This document shows positions 26,150-36,500 of a DNA stretch of 64,000 nt, one piece after another. Location of the stretch: positions 3,286,001 through 3,350,000 of the forward strand of contig JAYWIR010000004.1 of assembly GCA_036172245.1 (NCBI GenBank), in the 5' to 3' direction. This DNA is from Raillietiella orientalis (taxonomy: Eukaryota). Positions within the stretch are counted from its first letter, which is position 1. The number at the start of each line of letters is the position of its first letter. The notes under the pieces were generated by a model. The model saw only the letters and a list, made by a program, of their open reading frames with translations, had not been told where the DNA came from and made no database searches. The position numbers and the translations under genes are program-made.

Positions 26150-27405
26150 AAATGCCGGTGGTAGCGATGCCCTCTTCGTTCCTGGGCCGTGATCAAGCCG
26201 ACCTGAGACAGCTCTGTTCTGTCTCTTCCTCCTGTTTTCCGGAAAAGAAGAATGGGAGGAGTGCCCGCAGAGTGTGCGTGCAGTGCAAAGATGGAGCCTT
26301 CTCCTCCCTCTGCTCCCACAGGAACCTTTCCGAGTCCGCTGTTCACCTGTTCCTTCCCACGAAAGACTCCCACCTAGAGAGGCCTCGCCGTGGGGAAAAA
26401 ACCCTCGGCCAACCACCCTAGGTCTCCAGGACGATTGAAGGAGGTGCTCCCTGTTTCCACGAAGGCGGTCATTGCTGCGCGCTCGCTCAGGGACAACCCT
26501 TCCCCTGCTCCCTCATGAGGACCACTCAGCCTTCCAGGATCATGGCACAGGAGGGATGGAAAGAGCAAGCTGAAACATACACGAGGTTGCCCCTTTCGGG
26601 AGGTAGAAGACGTCCGTCCGTCTGGACAGCAGTCGCCACGACGAGATGGACGCGCACAGTGCCTACTGGCTCGTGGTGGAAGAACTTGCCCTCCCGTGCA
26701 CGGGGACGAACACGACGCGCATCGACCAGGTCATCTATTCGGAAGCTCCAACCGACCTCATCCAGGGGATCAGAGAGCTGAACACCAGGATCTCGGACCA
26801 CCCCCTGTTGAAAAGGAGAATGGTATCGAGGAGTCCCAGGAAGGAGAACGTGGTGCCCCGGGCGGCGCTCATCTGCATGTCCGAGTGGTACGAGTGTTTC
26901 CTCCCGTACCAGCGCGTCGTGGGGACCATCCTGGCCACGACGGACATCTTGTGCGTAGGCGACTGGAACACCCTCAAGCACGCCATTCATCTCTTCTCAA
27001 ACCTCCAATACGGCGACCGGGACCTCCACGAGAAAGCCTACAAGGAGATTTGCTAACTCCACCCCTCCTACTCTGCGTACTGGGGAGAGTACCAGAGGCG
27101 CTTCCTCGACAGGAGCGTCAAGAAAGACGACTGGAAAAGCGAAACCTGGCAACGGACATCTCCCACGTCCTTTACCAGGATCAGGCTTGCAGAACCTCGT
27201 AGCAAGTATGGATGCCTTCCAGCACCACTACTCCGAGCTGTTCAAGAAGAGAAGTCTGGACCCGGGAGCTCAGAAACGCGTCCGCAGCGTGATGAAGCGC
27301 CCGAGTTCCCAAAGAATCGCGGAATTGAACGAGGAACCATTCTCCCTGGATGAAGTCAGGGACGGCGTGCGAGGAGCTGCGCAAGGACGTGGCATCGGGT
27401 TCTAA
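26150..27405 (+). mobile_element. Degenerate non-LTR (LINE-type) retrotransposon ORF2 fragment: APE endonuclease and linker, truncated at the start of RT
   Basis: ORF 26646-27056 contains T..TTRIDQVIYS...ISDHPLL, matching the APE C-terminal motifs (T...SRIDYI.S / SDH.pl). The frame continues past a single TAA at 27054-27056, then frameshifts to FQHHYSELF...ELNEEPFSLDEVRDGVRGAAQGRGIG. This matches the pre-RT pattern F..yY..Lf ... L..PFT..EV..a....K.PG.DG. The 5' limit is approximate (NGRSARRVCVQCK may be the decayed N-terminal GV motif). Confidence 0.75.
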
Positions 27406-27760
27406 CAGCGTGCCCATCACACACTGTCGGAGTTTCCTGCCTGCCTACCTGCGCCTCTTCCGACAGCTGCTGGGAGACTGAGTCGCAGGGAACGACGACT
27501 GCCCGCACCCTCCCACCGAAGCAGGATGCGGCTGTTGTCGAAAAGCGACGGGGACCACCTTTTCCCTGCCTGAGGCAGGGCCAAGCACAGCCAGCCTTGA
27601 TGCGCGAGGTGCACCCCGAGAGACCCACCCAGATGCGACCTCCGCCTCCATCCCCTCCTCAGCGGGACGTGGGTGGGGACGGCATGCGGATGGAGGGGAG
27701 GAACAGCCGGACGGTGAATACTCCTGCTAGTGAAACCCGCCGGTATCGCTCAGCTCCCGT

Positions 27761-29107
27761 TCAGTCCGTCGCCGCCAAAGCGGTAGGGAGGTTCTTCTAG
27801 GGCAGGAGGGGAGGTCATCCTGCCATTGGAGGTAGAATACTCCGGAGAGGCGACTCCTTCCTTCCCGGTGCGGCCGCCGTCGGGGCGGTGGTGCGCGCGC
27901 GCGCTCCTCAGAGCGGCCGCTCCGCTGAGGGTAGAACGAGCGGGCGCCTCCTCCCCCCTTCGGCGGCGGGCGAGCGCGTCGCACGCGACCCAGGAACATG
28001 GGACGGGTTGGCCGGGAGGAAGACCCTACTGCGAGCTGCTGACCCTCCGCCGCGCAAGGATCGCCCGGGAATTCGGTCGCAGCCGTCGTCATGTGGAGCG
28101 TCTCCGACGCCCGCGCGCTCTTTCGTCTCGTCTCCCCTGACAGCTATCGCTTCCTACATCCCCTCCTACGCTCTGCGTCCCTCCTCCGGCGATACGCTCA
28201 CGTGAGTTCTCCCTCTCTCTGCAAACGTCTTCCGCGCACGCGCGCGCCGCCTTCGGCACGCAGACGAAGGGAGGGGAGAGGGGGGGGGGGAAGGAATGCT
28301 TCTTCCAGCCGTTGCCCGTTTATTTTTAACCGGGGAAGGCATGGATGAAGGGAAAGAAGGGAAGAGAAAGACGCGGGCTGGAGAGCGGAGGAAGGTTCGC
28401 CCGTCCTCCTCCCCTCCTCTTCCTTTGTCTTCTATTTTTTTTTGTGTGTGTTGCTGCTGCTCCCCTTCTTTTCCTGCTTCAATCCCCTCGCTCCCCTCCT
28501 CTTCCTCCACGCGGCTGGCTGCTCGTTCGCTCGCAGCGGGAACCCCGAGGGAGCTACCACGCCGCGAGTCGCGGCCGCCTCTCAGCGAGGCTCCGGCAGC
28601 GGGCGCATGCGCATGCGGACCCCGACGCTCGTCCTCCGCGATCGCCGCGATCGCGGCGGCTCGACCGCGCAGATGCCAGGCCGCGCGGGCGGGCCTACCT
28701 CCGATCGATACTCGGGCGGGCCTCGCGTCCGCCGCCGCCGCCGCCTCGCGCGCAATCAATCGCGCGCGGTTTCCCTCCCCTTCCCGCGGGCGGGCGCAGG
28801 CGCCACGCTGCGGAGACGCGCGCGCCTGCGCGAAACGTTTGCAGCCTCCCGGGCGCGGGGAATTGATTGCGCGGACGGACGAGGCGAGTAGGGAGAGCGT
28901 GGTGGATGTGCTCCGCGGAGGGATCCGGCGAGCGCCCGCTGATTCAGGAGGAGGAGGAGGAGGAGGAAGGGAGGGAGGGAGGACACGTGACTCCTCTCCC
29001 GAGACTCCCCCGCACCCGCCGAAACTTTCGCTCCGTCTTCCCCCCCCGTTTCCCGCTCGCTCCCGAGTCACACCCCGCTTCCCTTCCCGGCGCAGGCGAA
29101 CGAAACG
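27761..29107 (+). promoter_or_regulatory. Putative CSRNP promoter(s) and non-coding 5' exons
   Basis: Initiator-like TCAGTC at 27761-27766 is followed by a donor (gcg|gtaggg, 27782). A 58-nt exon-like unit at 28144-28201 has ctcccctgacag| and |gtgagt. A second donor acg|gtgagt lies at 29107. NRF1/Ewg-like GCGCATGCGC at 28603-28612 and E-box CACGTGAC at ~28984. Acceptors at 33463 and 33509 precede the ATG. Confidence 0.45.
28947..28967. repeat. (GGA)n microsatellite
   Basis: About 7 GGA units. Confidence 0.9.
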
Positions 29108-32100
29108 GTGAGTGTCTTTTCCTGGGGAAGGGGGAGAGGGGCGGGGGAGGGGGCTGCGCGCGTCCATCCTCATCCTCGCAGTGAGCGACCTTCTGCCGCC
29201 GCCGCCCGGATCCGTGGAGGGAGGGGGGGGGGACGCGGGTGCATCGTCGTCCGGGGGTGACCACGCGCGCGCTCCCGGAGCAGAGGTCGCGGCGCCGAAC
29301 TTCCCCCCCCTTGGGCGGGACAGCCTCCGGAGGAGGGGCTGGGAGCGGCGGGGTCGAGCGGCTCGCGTGCCACTGTGTCGTCCCCCCTCTCTGTGAGCCG
29401 CCACCCCCGGCAGTCTCGGGAAGTCCCGCGACCAGCGGTAGCTCCCCCGGGGGGAACCCAAGCCGACTCAGGCCCGCGCCATTCCCCGCCTTCCCTCCCG
29501 CGCGCGGGCGAGGGGTCCGCCCTCCCGCCAGGGGCGTCGGAGAGGTCGCGCCGCCGCGCACAGACTCCTCCTCCTCCTCCCCCCTCGACTTCCTTTGTCC
29601 GCGGACGACGCCTGCCGGAGGCGTGCCGTCATCCCTCTCGGGTCGGAGATCTCCCGAGGGCTCACGCGTTCACTCCCGCGCGGTGGCCACCGCAGCGCCT
29701 CCCCCCCTCCGGCGCCACCGTAACCTCGGGGGATGGCGCCGTCGAGCATCCCGTCGTCCTTTCTCTCTCCCCGTCGCGGTCGCGAGCGCCGCCATCCCTT
29801 CCCTACCTACCCTCCTCTCCCAGCGGAGAGAGGAGGAAAGGCGGAGTTTCGCCTCTCCCGCTCCCCCGCACCCCCTCGCGCCGCTGAGCTCGGTCCTTGC
29901 CCTCCCGACCCGCGCTCCCCTCCCCGCCCGGAGGGGGCAGGGGCGGAGGGAGTCCCCTCGGCTTGTGCGATCGTCGCTGGGAGGTCGCCTGACTCCTGCC
30001 GGCGGCGCATCTTCCGCGTCCGCCCCTCCCTTTCTCCCTTTGCGATGGTTGGACGGCCCTCCCCTTGTCGGGCGCGCCGTCGCCCCGCGTCGCGGACGTC
30101 GACTCCAGCCGATCGCCACCGCCGGAAGAGGCGCTCGCGATTCCACCTGGCGGCAGCTCGAGAAGACGACCTCCAGGTGGAGCGCCGGAGGGAGGGAGAG
30201 AGAGGGGCGACTACGGGTCTTTTGTTCAGCGGTGGAGAGGAGGGGAGGGGGAGAGAGAGCGGACGGGCAGGGCGGAGAGCTGCCGCCGCCGCGTCCCCGC
30301 GCGACGTACGCGCGCGGGCGCGCGCCGGACGCGTCGCGGAGGAGGAGGAAGGGGACGCGCAGTCCCCCTCCCTCCCTGCGCGCGCCCCTACCTCTCGGGA
30401 GTGCTCCGCTCTTAACTGGCGCTGCGAGGGAGGAAGGGGGGGGAGCCGAGGCTGGCTGCGCGCCAGAGGAATGGGGAGAGCACCGGAAGTGCTGCTGTCC
30501 TCTGCCTTCCTTCCCGGCACGAGAGGGAGGGATTCCCGGCTAGGAAGCAGAGGCGGACAGGATGAACCTCCTCTCTTCCTCTCTCCCCCCCCGCGCGAAG
30601 GCCGTCGGCGGTGCAGCGTCGCCTCGCGGCGGCGAGCACCGCCAACGGTGGAGGATGATCCGAGGCGGAAGCTCCGTGAGAGCCGCAGCATCTCCACTGT
30701 ATCCACCCCTCCCTCCGCCGATGTGCGCTGCGTGCCCTCCAACCCGATGAGGAGGGAAGGCTTTCCCGGGGTCGCTACAGGGTGGAAGAGCTGTGGAGCG
30801 GGGGGAAGGGAAGGGTATCTCCCCTGGATGGAGGGACGCCACTCCAGGGGACCCCACGCCCACGAGGAGAGTTTCTTCCTGTTCTCTCCTCCCATGCTCC
30901 TCCGGAAGTCCCCGGAGACGCGGGGGATGTCCCAGGATGCCCGGAAGCGACGGCAAGGAGTGCTCCCCACAGGAGTGGTAGGGTGGATCCGGAAATTGCT
31001 TGCGACCCTCTTCTACCCTCGGTATCCTCGGGGACCTTTCTCACGTTTCCCCCCTGTTTCGAAGTCCTCCGCCTCCCCCTCCCCTTTTCTTTTTTCCTCC
31101 TGCTTGCCCCCTCGCTGCTGTGCCGCGTCCAGACCTCGCCTGATGGCAGGCTCTTCCTCTCCGAGTCTCCAGCCAGATGCTCCTCGGGGTCGGTCCCTAG
31201 GGGAAGGGGACGTCCTCCGGCGGGAAGAGACGAAGGATTACCAGTTCCGCATTGGGAGTCTAGGGATGCCTTCCTTCCAGAATCGCCACCTCCCGTTGGA
31301 GGTCGCGCTGCCCGGTTCTTGTTCTTTCAGCAGTGCGGCCCCTCCGGGAGAGGGACCGCATTGCTGCTTGGGAACGGGACGCCACCTCTTCCGGAGGCGG
31401 CCCGCTCTTCGGCTCTTGTCCCACCTAGGCGCCATCGGAAATGACCGGACTGCGCCCTCCGAACGCTCGGCTCCGGGTTCTCCCGGGCTTGGCACCTTGG
31501 GCTGAAAGGTTGCAGGAGGTGGAACGCGAACAAGGAAGAACCGCGGTGGCTGCCCGTCAGCAGACGCCATGGCGACCGCAGGGCATTTCCAGGCGTCGAA
31601 ATGGGAAAAAGGAGGAAAGAGGGCGGCGGAGTTGGGTGGGGCTGCCCTGGCAATTCCTGCCACCGCGCTTGGGACCCCACGGAATAGGGGAAGCGTCACT
31701 CCTTTCCCCGATTGGATATGGGGTGGGGAGCACTCAGGAAGGCGGACACACCCTCCTCACGCTCCTCCGCGTTCACCAGAAGAATCCCACCCGCCCTCAT
31801 GTCATCTCTTCCCGATTCCACAAAGGCTTTCTTGGCGCTCGTCTCCCTACCTTGGGATTCACGCTGCGGTAGAGGGCGCCCTCTTTCCCCGAGGCAGGGT
31901 GCGCGCCGCGACTGCCTCAGGAAAGCTGCCGCCAACGCCAGTAGCGTCACGGGGAGGACGGGGGAGGAGGAGTGTGTCCATGCCTCTGGCGCTTACCCCG
32001 CAGCGGCCTGCCGAGCCTTTATCGCAGTCCAGCGCATCGGCCTCGGTCGCGTTACCACGGTCGAGGGAGAGGGGGAGGAGCCGGAGGCGGGAGAGGGACG

Positions 32101-33546
32101 GAAGAAGGGGAAGGAAATCCGACGGGAACCCTCCCGGCGGCTCTCTGGAGAGCAGCCAGGGATCCCGGACGCCTGCGGCAGATGTGCAGACGAATGCCGG
32201 CGCCTCCGCCGGAGCAGCCGCCGGCTAGCTGGCGCCGCGCCGACTCCTCTGGAGTTCCTGAGGAGGGAGGGGAGAGGAGACACGCGCTCCTGCGCGTGGA
32301 CTCGCTTCCCCGTCTCTGCTGCCTCCAGGCTGACCTGCCAGCCGTCGCCACGTGGAGGCAGCATAGCTCGGACCCTCCTCCCCCCCCCTTCGTCACACGT
32401 GCTCGGCAGAGAGTGAAGGAGGAGGGGTGGGATCAGAGACGCGATCTCGGGATGGAGGAGGAAACCGCGAGCCCCGCACACCCTCCCGACGATGCTCAGG
32501 GGAAGAAGGGGAGGACCATGTGTCGCAGGCGCAGAGACACACCCTTACATCCTAGCCAGGGTCATCAGGCTATCAAGGCCCCTACGACTGCCACCCCCGC
32601 GCCGCACCCTCGCGGAGGAGAAATGGTGCTGCGGCACTCTCCCCGAAGGCTTGAATCTGCGACCCCCGGCTGATCCCTACCCTCTCCCGGTATCCCTACC
32701 CATAACCCATCCCGTCGTCTCCCTGCCGTCTCTTTGGAGCGCCCTCGCCTCACCCCCTCCTCAGCTGCCCCTGTCCTCGTCCACCACCCAGAAAGCCGCC
32801 ACTGCGCAGCGACAGGACGGAATGGGAGGGGAGGGGCGAAGGGCGGCTCCCAGAGATCCGGACCAAACCCGCCTGCTGCCCGTTACCGGAAACGTCCCGC
32901 CTTCTTGGATTCCGTCCCTTCCGCCCCCGCAAGCGGATTGGAGCGGGAACGGCGCCCAACCCGGAGGAGCTCCGCGCATACGGGGAGCTGCTGCTGGGGA
33001 GTGGGGGGAGGAGAAGGCGTTCCCGTTCCGCGTCGCTTCCCATAGGAACGAGGAAGTGAGGCTCCCCGCTCGTGGGGCGAGAGGGCCGCTCTGCTTTCGA
33101 CTTCCCCTCCTCCCCTCGGTTAAACGACCCGCACCGTGGGGGTCAGGGATTGCCCCGCTTTTCCATCCCCACCCCCAGGTCTCTTCAGAAGGGGGCGTGT
33201 GCAGGTGGAGGAGGACGGCATTGCTGCTGCTAGTGGGTGGGGGATAGGAGCGTGCAAGCGCCCGAATAGGCGATGGGATGGGTGGCAGGGAGTCGGTGGC
33301 CGGGGGGAGGCCTCGCCTGTAGAGCCAGGCGTGTTGGCTGTCCTCCTCTCCCTCGCTGAGTCTTCCATGGGTCCTCCGGGACCACTCGCAGCCTCCCGGG
33401 GGGGGGGGGGTCAGGGTGCACGGAGGAAAATGGGTGACGATCGGCGTCCCTCTTCCTCTCCAGGAGCAGCCCAAGGACGCACGTCACTTCCTTCTCTTTC
33501 TCCTTGCAGCCATCCGAGCATAAGGAAAGGAGAGGGGAAGATGTAA

Positions 33547-36500
33547 ATGGATGCTGTGAGGGCCCTCGATGTGGCCCCTGGTGAGGGAACCGGCTGGAGG
33601 CTGGCGCAGCTGCGACGACTTTCCGGAGACCCTGACGAACAGGAGGGGCAGGCAGAGGAAGAGAGGCGGAGGCGGGACGTGCGGGACGTCTTAAACGCAG
33701 TCCTCGTTGCCCTCGTCGGCGAAGGAGAGGGGGCAACTGCCTTCCCCCGGGACGAGGAGCGGTCCCCTCTGACTCCCCTTCCCCCCGAGGGCCGCCCAGG
33801 AGGAGTGGAGGAGGAGCCGGCCCTTCCCGTGGCGCCTCAGCTGCCATCCTCGCGCCGCAGCAACCTGAAGCGCCGCCTGGGGGTCCACCAGGAAGACGGC
33901 GCTTCCAAGAAGCAGAAGTGCATCTCGTTCCATGAGGTCACCGTGTTCTACTTTTCTCGAACCCAGGTCAGTGCCTCCGGGGATGCGTTCCCCGCCCCAG
34001 GGGTCCTCGCGTCGCCTGGGATCTTACAGGAAGGAGGGGTCGGGAAGATCACCTCCGCCAAGGATCCGGAAGGAACGTTCTCGCTTCCCCCTACCACCCC
34101 GCTCTCGCGACGGTTCCCCGGTTCTCCATTTTTCGAACGGGGAAAGAAGGGGTTGCTTGAGGGAGGAATTGCCTGCGCTTCTGCAGGGCGAGGGAGGGGA
34201 CGGGGGGGTGATGAGAAGGATGAGCCCTGGAAGGAAGGGCTTCCGGACGGACATTTTGGCAGGTGTCGTTTCCAAGGGAGCCCACAGCACGGCTACTTCG
34301 ACCGACGCGCTCCCGGCGGCAGCGGCTGCAACTGGCGGCCGTGGCCGCCTCTGCTTCCCTGAAGTACTTCCGCCGCCGCTCTCCTACCTCTCCCGCTCCC
34401 CGAGCCGAAGAATAATCTCCGGCAGAGCTCGCGCGCGCGCGCCTGCATCCCCGCCCCTACCCCCTCCAGCCTCCAGCTTCCCGACCCGTGTCCTTAACGT
34501 GCATCTTCTTGCTCACTCTCGGGCGTGCCCTATCCGATCGGGCGTCGTCTCGATCCTGCGTTTGCAGAAGGAAGGAATAGGAGGTGGCTGCAGAGACGTG
34601 CATCCGCTCCTGTACATCCCTCCCTCTTTTACCTCCTTTTCCGTCTGGCACCAGCGACCCTGTGAGGAAAGAAGCGGCTTCCGCTGTTGGGGAAGGAATG
34701 TGGCAGGGGGTACTTTTGGAGGTCGTGTCACCGTCGTCGTCGTCTCCCTGAGCGCGTGGGGCGTGTGTCCTCTCTCCCCCTTCCCGCCGCGCACCGCTGC
34801 CTTTCCCGTAGGGATTCACCTGCGTCCCTTCGCAAGGCGGGTCAACCTTGGGCATGGCATCCCAGCACAGCCACGTGGAGACCTTCTCCATCTCGGAGCA
34901 CGCCGCCGAGCAGCGCAGGACCCACCGAGAGATGCTGCTCAGGCAGCAGCAGCAGCAGCTCCTGGCCAAGCCCGAAGCCTCTGCCTCCGCCGCGGAAGTG
35001 CCGTGTGAGGAGACGAGCTCGGAGGAGTCGCAGAGCGACGAGAACGACAGCAGTGACTACTCCGAGTCGGAGGTCGACCTGGACAGCTACTACTTCATGC
35101 AGGTGGGTGCCACGAGCTCTCTTCCCCTATTCCCTCCTTCCCTGCTCCTCCTCCAGCCGGTGTCCACCCGCCAGCGGAGAGCGCTGTTGAAGGCCTCCGG
35201 AGTGAGGAAGATCGATCCGGACGAGAAGAACGAATGCCACGACATCCGGTCCTCCCGAAAGTACTGCGGCTGCTTCTGCAAAGTGTTCTGCGATCCCACC
35301 ATCTGCATCTGCTCCAGAGCGGGCATCAAGTGCCAGGTAGGGAGACGGGCCTTGAGAGGGGAGCCCTCCAAGAGGCTGCAGCAAATGGTCGTTTTCCCTG
35401 GTTGCCAGGATTCGCACTTCCTCTCTCGTGGCAGGAATTCCTTCGCCCCTGCTGCAGGGTTCGCCCTTATCTCTTCGGCGTGATTCGATGTGTGTGCGTG
35501 TGTGAAAGGAGGGGGAGGGGGGAAAGGAGAGGGAGAGAAGAGAAGAAGGATGGAGGGAGAATTGACTCGGGACGACGAGAGGTCGCTTCCAGCTACGGAC
35601 GCGCGCGGCCCGCTAACACAAGTATCTTCCCCCTTCCACCGAGGTTCCTTGCCCTCTTACTCCCCAGTGCGCATCCTCCCGTAACGGGACATGTGGTCAC
35701 CCCCTCACGACCAACTCCATGAGAAAAGCCGTGGTGGCTGTGCGTGGCGGTCTCCACGCCCGCAAGCGAGCTGCCGTTAAGTCCGTTGCGACGGTAGCTG
35801 CCTCGCCCAACGCGCGCAGATCAAAGCACGCCGCCCGTCCTTTTGCTCGAGTCCCCATCACGCTCGACCCTTTTCCCTCCCCAGTTCCCCCTCCTGCCCT
35901 TCGCCCTTTCACCAGCTCTTTCACAACATCCTCTACTCCTAGTGTCGCCGGACCTTTCCCCAGGGAAAGAAGGCTTGATCGATTCTCCCAGCCCGGGCAA
36001 CGAGGGGAAAATCTCCTCTTGCTCAGCCTTACCCAGGGGCCGTGACCTCGGACGAGGAAGGCGCGACCGCCCATCGCCGCGCGATCTCTTTGCGCGATGC
36101 TGCAAGCCTTCGTCCAGTCGCGGGCGATCCCAGGAAATCTATTTGGAGGAACCCCTTCTCCTTTTCACCTCGTCTCCCGCCCCATCTCGGTTTGCGTGCT
36201 ACACCTTGGCGCCACTCCTGAGGGGAGCACTTCCTCCGTACGGCTTCGACCCCTTACGGGTGGCCGGAGGACTCGAATTGCCTTGAAGCGTTCGAGCGCC
36301 ATGCGGCAGCTGGTAAGAATGCAAATGGTCTTCCGTAGCAGGGAGGCTGCTGCTTCTGGAGCAGCGGCAGCCGCCTCCCGCAAAGGCCTCCTGAAAGAGA
36401 TGCTGCGCGTGCGGCGCGCACATTGGGACAGGAACGGGCTCCCCATGGCAGAGAGTGGAGGAAGGCGGGAGCAGGCTCCCTCACACTCAGCGCTACGACG

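Noticed and set aside
28166..33474. Long overlapping ORFs of 200-590 aa on both strands (e.g. 29733-31505, 29239-30543, 28166-29461)
   Set aside because: They are R/P/G/A/S-rich, occur in all frames and carry no domain motif. They are expected from stop-codon scarcity in ~70% GC DNA and lie in the predicted CSRNP promoter and 5' intron.
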